In this document: positions 9,393-17,924 of the stretch, piece after piece
Layout of the letters: every line of letters begins with the position of its first letter
Position numbering within the stretch: position 1 is the first letter of the stretch
From: Clavibacter sp. B3I6
GTDB taxonomy: Bacteria; Actinomycetota; Actinomycetes; Actinomycetales; Microbacteriaceae
DNA: 64,000 nucleotides
Direction: 5' to 3'
NCBI RefSeq assembly: GCF_030816895.1
Contig: NZ_JAUSYL010000001.1
Coordinates: 3,069,682-3,133,681, forward strand
Program-made: the position numbers and the translations under genes
The notes under the pieces: model-generated
What the model was told of the DNA's origin: nothing
Databases searched by the model: none
Seen by the model: only the letters and a program-made list of their open reading frames with translations

Positions 9393-11526
9393 ATGGCTCG
9401 CACCGGCCAGCGGCGGTCGTCCGCCCGCACGCGCACGATCGACAACGAGGGGCTCATCCCCGTCCTGGCGCGCGCCGTGCGCGAGATCGAGCAGGCCGCC
9501 CAGCGCGGCAAGCTCAAGCCGGTCAACCGCACGAAGTTCCAGGTCATCGCCGTGCTCATGCGCGAGGAGCGCACGCACGCGAAGGACCCGGCCACCCCGC
9601 TCAGCGACTCCGAGCGCGCCGAGACGCTCAAGCGCCTCGACGGCATCGCCAGCATCCTCGCCCGCACCGCCGCGCGCGACACCTCGGTGCTGCCGCTGCT
9701 GGATCCCGACGCCAAGCTCTCCGAGGCCGCCCGCGCCATGCGCAAGCACATGCTGTTCGACGGCGGCGTGGAGATGGTCGTCGAGGACGAGCCCGAGCCC
9801 GAGCCCGAGGATTCCCGCCCTCGCCAAGCTGCACGAGCGCCAGGTCGTGCCGCCGTCGGTGAAGGCGCGCGTGCTCGCGAACCCGTTCCTCGAGCCCGAC
9901 CTCGACCGGCCCGCGCCCGCCGCGCCGCCCACGCGCCTGCTGGCGAACTGGGAGCTGCTCGGCCCGCTGTTCAAGTCGTTCGAGTACGGCGCCGGCGGCG
10001 GCATCGCGAGCATGGACCTCCCCGAGAGCCCGCGCATCGACCGCCTGTCGCCGCAGAACCTCGAGCTCATGCGCCACCAGGCCCGCTTCCTCGAGAGCGT
10101 CCGCCTCGGCCACCGCGAGTTCCTGCTCGCCGACGAGCCGGGCCTCGGCAAGACCGCGCAGGCGCTGCTCGCCGCGTCGGTCGCCGACGCGTACCCGCTG
10201 CTCGTCGTCGTCCCGAACGTCGTGAAGATGAACTGGAAGCGCGAGGTGGAGCGCTGGACGCCGCACCGCCGCGCCACGGTCATCCACGGCGACGGCGCGG
10301 GCCTCGACGCCTTCGCCGACGTCGTCATCGTCAACTACGAGGTGCTCGACCGCCACATCGGCTGGCTGCGCACGCTCGGCTTCCGCGGCATGGTCGTCGA
10401 CGAGGCGCACTTCATCAAGAACCTCCAGTCGCAGCGCTCCAAGTTCGTGCTGGCGCTCGCCGAGAGCATCCGGGAGCGCCAGTCGAACCCGCTGCTCATG
10501 GCGCTGACGGGCACGCCGCTCATCAACGACATCGACGACTTCCGCGCCATCTGGCAGTTCCTCGGCTGGATCGACGGGGACAAGCCCACGTCCCGCCTCA
10601 TGGGCGAGCTCGAGGAGGCGGGCCTCACGCCGGCCGACCCCGGCTTCTTCGCCGAAGCCCGCCGCGCGGTCATCGACCTCGGGATCGTCCGCCGCCGCAA
10701 GATCGACGTGGCGACCGACCTGCCCAGCAAGCGCATCGCCGACCTCCCCGTCGAGCTCGACGACGACCTGGGCCGCTCCATCCGCCAGGCCGAGCGCGAG
10801 CTGGCGGCGCGCCTCGTGAAGCGCTTCACGGCGCTCGTCGGCGCCCGCGGCACCACGGTGCCCGACGTGCTCGACGGACCCGCCGCCGAGCGCGCGCACC
10901 TCATCCGGCTCGTCGCGCAGTCGGAGCTCGACGAGGCCAAGGCGCAGAAGACCGGCGAGAACGTGTTCACCATGGTCCGCCGCATCGGCCAGGCGAAGGC
11001 GGTGCTCGCGGCCGACTACGCCGCGCAGCTCGCGCGCTCGGTCGGCAAGGTGGTGTTCTTCGCCAAGCACGTCGACGTGATGGACCAGGCGGAGGCCACG
11101 TTCGCGAAGCGCGACATCACGTCCGTCTCCATCCGCGGCGACCAGACCCCGGCCGCGCGCCAGCACGCGATCGACGCCTTCCAGAACGACCCCGAGGTCC
11201 AGGTCGTGGTGTGCTCGCTCACCGCGGCGGGCGTCGGCCTCAACCTGCAGGCGGCGTCCAACGTGGTGCTCGCGGAGCTCAGCTGGACGAGCGCGGAGCA
11301 GACGCAGGCCATCGACCGCGTGCACCGCATCGGCCAGGAGGAGCCCGTCACCGCGTGGCGGATCATCGCGGCGCAGACCATCGACGCGAAGATCGCCGAG
11401 CTCATCGACAGCAAGGCGGGCCTCGCGGCGCGGGCGCTCGACGGCGAGGACTTCGACGAGGCCGGATCCACGTCGGTCCAGCTCGACGCCCTCTCGCACC
11501 TGCTCGAGGAGGCGCTGGCCGCGTAG
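9393..11526 (+). pseudogene. SNF2-family helicase, frameshifted near 9800-9830 (first ~145 aa in one frame, remaining ~570 aa in the +1 frame)
   Basis: N-terminal 145 aa read from 9393; the helicase core (DEPGLGKTAQA, DEAH box, SNF2 C-terminal helicase motifs) continues in the frame of ORF 9199..11526; single-nt indel at the EPEPEPE-coding repeat. Confidence 0.7.
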
Positions 11527-11594
11527 CTGTCGCGACCTGCACGACGACGCCCCCGCGACCTGCTGGTCGCGGGGGCGTCGCGCGTGCGTGCGGG
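11377..11594. repeat. direct repeat copy 1 (helicase last ~50 codons + terminator)
   Basis: ~97% identical to 12598-12821. Confidence 0.85.
11548..11577. terminator. 13-bp perfect stem / 4-nt loop hairpin (cgcccccgcgacc-tgct-ggtcgcgggggcg) after the helicase stop
   Basis: read directly; no T-tract, typical of high-GC actinobacteria; could act bidirectionally. Confidence 0.6.
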
Positions 11595-11602
11595 GTATCG
11601 GC

Positions 11603-11830
11603 TCACTGCTGCCTTTCTCGGCCGAGGAGACGAGGGACCTTCAGGAGCACGAAGTAGCTGAAGGCGAAGAGAAGCAAACCGAACACGCCGGCCGGATACG
11701 TGCGAGTCATCGCGTCCTCACCAGCGGCGAGGGGGGCGACTACGAGTGTGGCGAAGAGGTAGAAAGCGGTGATGATCGCGGTGAGCACCAGGGCGCGCGT
11801 CCTGCGCCTGCGAATCGTCGGTTCAGTCAT
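11603..11830 (-). CDS. small two-TM membrane protein (75 aa), candidate immunity/partner protein
   Basis: ATG overlaps the stop of the upstream secreted-protein gene (ATGACTGA); two hydrophobic helices; lies in the low-GC insert. Confidence 0.5.
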   Translation of the reverse strand: MTEPTIRRRRTRALVLTAIITAFYLFATLVVAPLAAGEDAMTRTYPAGVFGLLLFAFSYFVLLKVPRLLGRERQQ

Positions 11831-12431
11831 TTCGGCACTGCCCTTCCAAGCTGAGGATGTAGATGCGGTAGTTCTGATTGTCGGGGCAGACCCCGTGGGC
11901 TGCGACGATGGCCACGATCGTGACGCCGAGGCCGCCTGCGGCGACGCACCCGACACCGCCCGTCTCCGGTCCAAGTGCGGCGCAGATTGTCGCGGCGAGT
12001 CCCCCGGCCGCAGCGGTGGCACCGGTCGCTTGCTCCGTGGAGTCGAGGCTGACGTAGGGGAAGGGATCCGAGCCGACGGAGACGAGCGATGTGTCGATGA
12101 CGTCGTGGGCGGCGGGGACAACGACGGCGCTGCCAGATGAGTCGTAGGTGAAGGCGATGTCTACGCCGGGTGAGACGTGATAAGTGACCCGTTCTCCGTG
12201 AGCCGTCGCGACGCTGTCACGTGGTGCTGGCCCACGTTGAAGGGCCCTGCCCAGCTCGGCGAGTCGGTGAGGGGTGAGTGCAGCGCTCGTCTGGGGAGCG
12301 GGCCGCGAGTCCGACAAGACCCGTAAGCCATGTCCGGGGGGACCGGCGGCGAAGGCGGGTGGAGTGGCGGCGAGCGGTGCGAGTGTGAGCGCCACCAGGA
12401 GCGCGAGGCGTTTGAGCGATCGAGATCTCAT
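11823..12431 (-). CDS. secreted Gly/Ala/Cys-rich protein (202 aa precursor, Sec signal peptide)
   Basis: strong RBS GGAGGAG 5 nt before the ATG; signal peptide MRSRSLKRLALLVALTLAPLAATPPAFA|AG; 4 Cys in the C-terminal hydrophobic Gly/Ala-rich segment; GC content clearly below flanks. Confidence 0.6.
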   Translation of the reverse strand: MRSRSLKRLALLVALTLAPLAATPPAFAAGPPGHGLRVLSDSRPAPQTSAALTPHRLAELGRALQRGPAPRDSVATAHGERVTYHVSPGVDIAFTYDSSGSAVVVPAAHDVIDTSLVSVGSDPFPYVSLDSTEQATGATAAAGGLAATICAALGPETGGVGCVAAGGLGVTIVAIVAAHGVCPDNQNYRIYILSLEGQCRND

Positions 12432-12597
12432 GTTCTCCTCCAGTCGGGAACGCACCTACAGTCCTCCTCCGGCAGCTCCTGGGCGCGCGTTGTGCACAGG
12501 GTGCGGATGGCGGGGCCGAAGTGTGCTTAGGACCCGCGAATGGTGTGAACGGTTGCGCGTCGTGTCACGACCAGCGCTCGCGGCACCAGCGGCATCG

Positions 12598-12821
12598 GTG
12601 GCAGGCGCAGACCATCGACGCGAAGATCGCCGAGCTCATCGACAGCAAGGCGGGCCTCGCGGCGCGCGCGCTCGACGGCGAGGACTTCGACGAGGCCGGA
12701 TCGACGTCCGTCCAGCTCGACGCCCTCTCGCACCTGCTCGAGGAGGCGCTGGCCGCGTAGGTGTCGCGACCTGCACGACGACGCCCCCGCGACCTGCTGG
12801 TCGCGGGGGCGTCGTGCGTGC
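12598..12821. repeat. direct repeat copy 2 (orphan helicase 3' end + terminator hairpin 12782-12811)
   Basis: encodes ...QTIDAKIAELIDSKAGLAARALDGEDFDEAGSTSVQLDALSHLLEEALAA with no upstream helicase body; 4 substitutions plus 1 indel vs copy 1. Confidence 0.85.
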
Positions 12822-12830
12822 GGGGAGGCG

Positions 12831-13010
12831 CTAGCCGCGCTCGGCCCGGCGGCGTGCGTGCTCGGCCTTGCGGGCGGCGCGGCGCTCGCGGGCGACGGCG
12901 TCCTGCGCGTCCTGCGTGGGGTTCGAGCGCGAGGTGCCGATGACGGCGAACGCGATGAGGACCACGACGACCGCCAGCACGGCGTAGACCAGGATCGTCG
13001 TGCCGGTCAT
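12831..13010 (-). CDS. small membrane protein (59 aa)
   Basis: ATG with GAGGAG 6 nt upstream; one TM helix followed by a basic tail; directly downstream of the MFS gene; below the ORF-track length cutoff. Confidence 0.4.
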   Translation of the reverse strand: MTGTTILVYAVLAVVVVLIAFAVIGTSRSNPTQDAQDAVARERRAARKAEHARRRAERG

Positions 13011-13049
13011 GCGCGCTCCTCGGGTCGGGTGCTCCGAGCGTAGCGGCGG

Positions 13050-14408
13050 TCAGTCCTCGAGGGCCGCGCCGCGGAGGTCCGGCAGGGTGAGCGCGGCCGC
13101 GGCGGCCAACGCGAAGACGGCGGCGAAGACGCCGAACGGCAGCGCGACGCCGCCGAGCGCGAGGAGCGGCGGCACGCACAGCGGCGCGATGATCGACGCG
13201 AGCCTCCCGAAGCCCGCCGCGCTGCCCGCGCCCGTCGCGCGTACCCGCGTCGGGTAGAGCTCCGGGGTCACGGCGTAGAGCGCGCCCCACGCGCCGAGGT
13301 TCGAGAACGACATGAGGGAGCCGAACACGAGGATCGAGGTCACGTCGTCGGCGGTGCCGAAGAGGCCGGCGGACACGGCGGATCCCGCGAGGAAGACCGC
13401 GAGCGTCACGCGGCGGCCCCAGCGCTCGACGAGCCAGGCGGACACGGCGTAGCCCGGCAGCTGCGCGAGCGTGATGAGCAGCGTGTACGCGAACGACCGC
13501 ACGAGCGAGAAGCCCTGCGCCACGAGCAGCGTCGGCAGCCAGATGAAGGCGCCGTAGTACGCGAAGTTGACGCAGAACCACACGATCCAGAGGGACAGCG
13601 TGCGGCGGCGGAGTCGCGCGCCGAAGAGGCGCTCGCGGGGCGCGGGGGCCGCGGCGTCGGCGGCGGCGTCGGCCATGAGGTCCGTCGGCGTCTCCGGAAC
13701 CGCGTCCGGGGCCGGATCCGCCCCCGCCGCCCCCTCCAGATCGCGCACGACCCGCTCGGCCTCCGCGTGCCGGCCCTTCGCCTCGAGGAACCGCACCGAC
13801 TCCGGCAGCCGCAGCCGCACGAAGATCGCCCACACGGCGGGGACGGCGCCGAGCGCGAGCGCCCACCGCCAGCCGTCGTCGCTCGACGGGATGACGAGGT
13901 AGCCGATGAGCGCCGCCGCGGTCCAGCCCACCGCCCAGGACGACTCGAGGATCACGATGACGCGGCCGCGGATCCGCGCCGGCGCGAACTCGCTCACGAG
14001 CGTCGACGCGACCGGCAGCTCGGCGCCGAGCCCCAGGCCCACGACGAAGCGGAGCGCGATGAGGGCCCCCACCGACATCGCGAGCGCGGAGACGCCCGTC
14101 GCCAGGCCGTAGACCAGCAGCGTGAGCGCGAACACCTGGCGGCGGCCGAGCCGGTCGGCGAGGAGCCCGCCCACGCTCGCGCCGATCGCCATGCCGAGGA
14201 ACCCGGCGGATGCGACGAGGCCGAGCTGGCCGGCGTCCGCCTTCCACACCACCGCCAGCTGCGCGATGACGAACGAGATGAGGCCGACGTCCATGGCGTC
14301 GAGCGCCCAGCCGACGCCGCTGCCGCCGAGGATGCGCGAGTGCGCCCGCGTCCAGGGAAGGGCGTCGAGGCGCTCGGAGCGGGTGGGCCGCGAGGTGGTC
14401 GTGGTCAT
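13050..14408 (-). CDS. MFS transporter, putative thiamine/HMP-precursor transporter (NiaP-like)
   Basis: 452 aa; 12 TM; MFS signature; last gene of the riboswitch-controlled thiamine operon; an in-frame TGA upstream fixes the start. Confidence 0.75.
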   Translation of the reverse strand: MTTTTSRPTRSERLDALPWTRAHSRILGGSGVGWALDAMDVGLISFVIAQLAVVWKADAGQLGLVASAGFLGMAIGASVGGLLADRLGRRQVFALTLLVYGLATGVSALAMSVGALIALRFVVGLGLGAELPVASTLVSEFAPARIRGRVIVILESSWAVGWTAAALIGYLVIPSSDDGWRWALALGAVPAVWAIFVRLRLPESVRFLEAKGRHAEAERVVRDLEGAAGADPAPDAVPETPTDLMADAAADAAAPAPRERLFGARLRRRTLSLWIVWFCVNFAYYGAFIWLPTLLVAQGFSLVRSFAYTLLITLAQLPGYAVSAWLVERWGRRVTLAVFLAGSAVSAGLFGTADDVTSILVFGSLMSFSNLGAWGALYAVTPELYPTRVRATGAGSAAGFGRLASIIAPLCVPPLLALGGVALPFGVFAAVFALAAAAALTLPDLRGAALED

Positions 14409-14662
14409 GTGCTCGGCTTTCGGGGAGGACGGGCGCGTCCGCGGGCCGCTCCGGGTGGAGGCGGTCACGCGGGAGGACGACGGGCTACCGGGAGCCCGGA
14501 GGGGCGGACGGGCGGACGGTCCGGGGACGCCGAGACGGGCGGGGGACAGGGCCCGAGCGTAGCGGGGGCCTGCCGTGCCGTCAGCCGTGTGACGCGGGGA
14601 GGCGTCCGCCCGGCCGCCCGGCTCGCCGAGGCGGGGAGGGGCGGAGCGGGGCGGACTCCGGA

Positions 14663-16957
14663 TCAGCCGAGCGCCTCCGGGGCGCGGAAGAAGTCGCGCT
14701 CGTAGGCCGCGGAGACGCGGGACGCCTCGAGCATCGCCGCGCGTCGCCCGGGTCCCGCGAGCACGGCCGCCTCGTCCACCAGCGCGCACGCGTGCTCCGT
14801 CGCGGCCGCGAACGCCGGATCGGCGTAGGTCTCCAGCCACGCCGCGTACGGGTGCGCGGCACCGGCCGCCGCCGCCGCGGATCCCGCCGCCCGGAGCCGG
14901 GTGCCCACGTCCGCGTAGATCGTGAAGCACGGCAGCAGCGCCGCGACGAGGACGGCGTAGTCGCTCGCCGCCGCGTGCGCGAGGAGGTGGTCGACGTACG
15001 CGCGCGTCACGGGTCCGACGACCGCGGGCGCGGGGTGCCGGGCCAGCCACTCCTCGTGCAGCGCGGACTCGGCGGCGATCGCGTCGGCCGCGGAGCGCGC
15101 CCAGGCGACCTGCGCCGCGGGCGTCGGCGCGAGCTGGCTGGCCCGGGCGAGCACACGGGAGTACGCGCGGAGGTAGATCGCGTCCTGCGCGAGGTAGTGC
15201 GAGAACCACGCCTCGGGCAGGCTGCCGTCGCCGAGGCGGCGGACGAACGCGAGCTCGTCGATCTCCCGGCGGAGATCCGCGGATCCTGCCCACATCTCCG
15301 CGGTGACGGGTCCCGCGTGCGTCCCCGCGGCGTCCCAGAGGGTCCGCAGGTGGTCGAGCGGGCCGGCGCCCGCGCCCACGTCGAGGTCCTCGGCTCGCGC
15401 GAGGGATCCGGTGAGCCAGCCCTTCGCCTCCGTGAGCGCCGCGAGCCAGTCGCCGCGGCGCGGGTGCAGCGTCGCCAGGGCGCTCGACAGCGAGCAGCCG
15501 GTGCCGTGCGTGCTCGTCGTCGCGATGCGCGGACCGGCGACCACGTCGACCGCGGCCTGCGCGCCGGGCGCACCGGGTGACACGAGCGCGTCCGGGCAGT
15601 CGTCCTCGCGCAGGTGGCCGCCCTTGACGATGACGCGCACCCGGTGCCGGTCCGCCAGCGCGCGGCCCTGCGCGAGCGCCTGGTCCCAGCCGTCGGCCTC
15701 GGGCTCGCCGAGGAGCGCCGCGAGCTCGGGCAGGTTCGGCGTCACGACGTCGGCGAGCGGCAGGAGGCGGCGGAGCGCGTCCGTGGCGTCGTCGTCGAGG
15801 AGGGCGTCGCCGGACTGCGCGACCATGACCGGATCCAGCACCACGACGGGCGGGCGCACCGCGCGCAGCCAGTCCGCCACCTCGTCGACCACGGCGGCCG
15901 AGCCGAGCATGCCGATCTTCACGGCGTCGATCGCCACGTCGTCCGAGACGGCGTCGAGCTGCGCGCGCAGGAACGCCACGGGCGGCACGTGGATCTCCCG
16001 CACGCCCCGCGTGTTCTGCGCCACGAGCGCCGTGACGACGGCCATGCCGTAGCCGCCGTTCGCCGCGATGGACTTGAGGTCGGCCTGGATGCCGGCGCCG
16101 CCCGTCGGATCCGTGCCCGCGATGCTGAGGACGCGCGGGACGCGGGACGGATCGGCAGCGGGGCGCGGAGTGCCCGTCGCGTCCGCCTCCGGGGACTCGG
16201 CCGTGGCCGTCGCGGTGCCCGCCTCCGCGACCTCCGCCCCGACGTCGTCGCCGCCGCCCGCCCCGCGCACGCGCGCCCACTCGGCCGCGAGCTCGCGCGC
16301 CGAGGCCGCGGGATCCTCGGCCGCGCAGATCGCCGACACGACGGCCGTGCCCGCGCCGCCCGCCGCCGCGATCGCCGCGACGTCCCGCACGTCCACGCCG
16401 CCGATCGCGACGCAGGGCACGGGGGAGAGCCCCGCGATGATCCCGAACCCGTCGTGGCCGAGCGGCGCCGGGTGGTCGGGCTTGGTGCTGGTGGGGCGGA
16501 TCACGCCGACGCCGAGGTAGTCGACGGTGCCGGCCGGGAGCGCGCGCACCGCCTCGACGTGCGCGGGCGTGTTCGCGGTGAGGCCGACGACGAGCCGCCG
16601 GTCGGGGCTCGCCGCGTCGAGCATCCGCCGGACCAGCTCGGCCGGGACGTCGGACTGCCCGACGTGCACGCCGTCCACGCGCGTGCCGCGCGCGAGGGCC
16701 GCCAGGACGACGTCGACGCGGTCGTCGACGAGCAGCAGCGGACGGGCGGCGTCCGGGTGCGCGGACGCGTGCGCGTCGATCGCGTCGGCCGCCGCCGTCA
16801 CGGTCGCCAGCAGGTCGGCCGCACTGGCGTGCTTGTCGCGGATCTGCACGGCCGTCGCCCCGCCCGCGACCGCCGCCGCGACGACCGCGGGCACGCCGCG
16901 CTCGCCGCAGAGCGCGGGGTCGGTGACGAGGTAGACGGAGAGGTCGAGCGCGCTCAC
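14663..16957 (-). CDS. thiED-tenA: trifunctional ThiE (thiamine-phosphate synthase) - ThiD (HMP/HMP-P kinase) - TenA (thiaminase II) fusion
   Basis: single stop-free frame of 764 aa; ThiE domain (VYLVTDP...), ~45-aa low-complexity linker, ThiD domain ([16 protein letters not shown]), TenA domain with active-site Cys (LLPCFTIY); GTG start overlaps the thiM stop (GTGA). Confidence 0.65.
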   Translation of the reverse strand: MSALDLSVYLVTDPALCGERGVPAVVAAAVAGGATAVQIRDKHASAADLLATVTAAADAIDAHASAHPDAARPLLLVDDRVDVVLAALARGTRVDGVHVGQSDVPAELVRRMLDAASPDRRLVVGLTANTPAHVEAVRALPAGTVDYLGVGVIRPTSTKPDHPAPLGHDGFGIIAGLSPVPCVAIGGVDVRDVAAIAAAGGAGTAVVSAICAAEDPAASARELAAEWARVRGAGGGDDVGAEVAEAGTATATAESPEADATGTPRPAADPSRVPRVLSIAGTDPTGGAGIQADLKSIAANGGYGMAVVTALVAQNTRGVREIHVPPVAFLRAQLDAVSDDVAIDAVKIGMLGSAAVVDEVADWLRAVRPPVVVLDPVMVAQSGDALLDDDATDALRRLLPLADVVTPNLPELAALLGEPEADGWDQALAQGRALADRHRVRVIVKGGHLREDDCPDALVSPGAPGAQAAVDVVAGPRIATTSTHGTGCSLSSALATLHPRRGDWLAALTEAKGWLTGSLARAEDLDVGAGAGPLDHLRTLWDAAGTHAGPVTAEMWAGSADLRREIDELAFVRRLGDGSLPEAWFSHYLAQDAIYLRAYSRVLARASQLAPTPAAQVAWARSAADAIAAESALHEEWLARHPAPAVVGPVTRAYVDHLLAHAAASDYAVLVAALLPCFTIYADVGTRLRAAGSAAAAAGAAHPYAAWLETYADPAFAAATEHACALVDEAAVLAGPGRRAAMLEASRVSAAYERDFFRAPEALG

Positions 16958-17781
16958 GAGAGGCGCTCGCGGTGGGCGACGAGCTCGGGCGTGATCGCGT
17001 CGAGGGCGTCGAGGAGCGCCACCGCGAACGATCCGGGTCCGCGCGCGCCCTCGGCGGCGACCTCCGCGGCGATCGTGTACACGCTCGTCGCGGCCACGGC
17101 GGCCCGCAGCGGATCCGGCTCCAGCGACGCGAACGCCGCCATCACGGCGCCGAGCGCGCAGCCCCCGCCGGTCACCTTCGTCAGGAGCGCGTCGCCCGTG
17201 TGCACGCGCACGACGCGGTGGCCGTCCGTGATGTGGTCGACGGGACCCGACACCGCGACGACCGTGCCGTAGGTGCGCGCGAGGAGCGTCGCGGCGTCGA
17301 GCGCCGCCTCCACCGCGTCGGTCGCGTCGACCCCGCGTCCGCCGACGCCGCCGGTCGCGAGCGCGATGACCTCCGATGCGTTGCCGCGCACGATCGTGGG
17401 CGACAGCGCCACCAGCTCGTGCGCGAGCCGCGTCCGCACCGGCAGGGCGCCGACCGCGACGGGATCCAGCACCCACGGCGTGCCCGCCTCGCGCGCCGCG
17501 TGCGCGGCCTCGACCGCGGCCTCCCGCTGCTCGGCGTGCGGCGTGCCGAGGTTGACGAGCACGCCCGACGCGATCCGCGCGAACGGCCCCGCCTCGGTCG
17601 GCACGTCCGTCATCGCGGGCGCGGCGCCGAGCGCGAGGAGGACGTTCGCGGTGAAGCCGGTGACGACGGCGTTCGTGATGCACTGCACGAGCGGCGTGCG
17701 CTCCCGCAGCAGGCGGAGGAGGTCCGCCGAGGCGGTCCCCGCTCCCGTGGTCTCGTGGGTGGATGGGCGCGCAGCGCTCAT
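16954..17781 (-). CDS. thiM: hydroxyethylthiazole kinase
   Basis: 275 aa; full-length ThiM similarity. Confidence 0.85.
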   Translation of the reverse strand: MSAARPSTHETTGAGTASADLLRLLRERTPLVQCITNAVVTGFTANVLLALGAAPAMTDVPTEAGPFARIASGVLVNLGTPHAEQREAAVEAAHAAREAGTPWVLDPVAVGALPVRTRLAHELVALSPTIVRGNASEVIALATGGVGGRGVDATDAVEAALDAATLLARTYGTVVAVSGPVDHITDGHRVVRVHTGDALLTKVTGGGCALGAVMAAFASLEPDPLRAAVAATSVYTIAAEVAAEGARGPGSFAVALLDALDAITPELVAHRERLS

Positions 17782-17784
17782 GAT

Positions 17785-17872
17785 GACATCCCTCCGCCGG
17801 TGCGAACCGGATCAGGTGCGACGGGTCTCATCTCAGCCCTCGTGGGCACCCCGTGTCAGGGATCCACACTAG
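17785..17872 (-). promoter_or_regulatory. TPP (THI-box) riboswitch in the thiM 5' leader
   Basis: minus-strand RNA contains ACGGGGUGCCC...GGCUGAGA...ACCC...ACCUGAUCCGGUUCGCACCGGCGGAGGGA immediately before the AUG, matching the THI-element consensus; the RBS GGAGGGA sits in the 3' aptamer arm. Confidence 0.85.
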
Positions 17873-17924
17873 GGGAGACGCGTCGCGCCCGTCGGGTCGA
17901 CCGGCGGCGGGAGGCGGAGGCGCG

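Noticed and set aside
12274-12834. 186-aa plus ORF, and the 79-aa ORF 12521..12760 encoding a helicase C-terminus
   Set aside because: The first is noise. The second is the orphan repeat copy of the helicase 3' end, not an independent gene.
14409-16280. N-terminal extension of the MFS ORF (listed as 1076 aa) and a possible second TPP riboswitch in the gap
   Set aside because: The extension is antisense-type R/G-rich text, and an in-frame TGA precedes the true ATG at 14408. No GGGGUGCC/CUGAGA/ACCUGAUC THI-box elements were found in the spacer.
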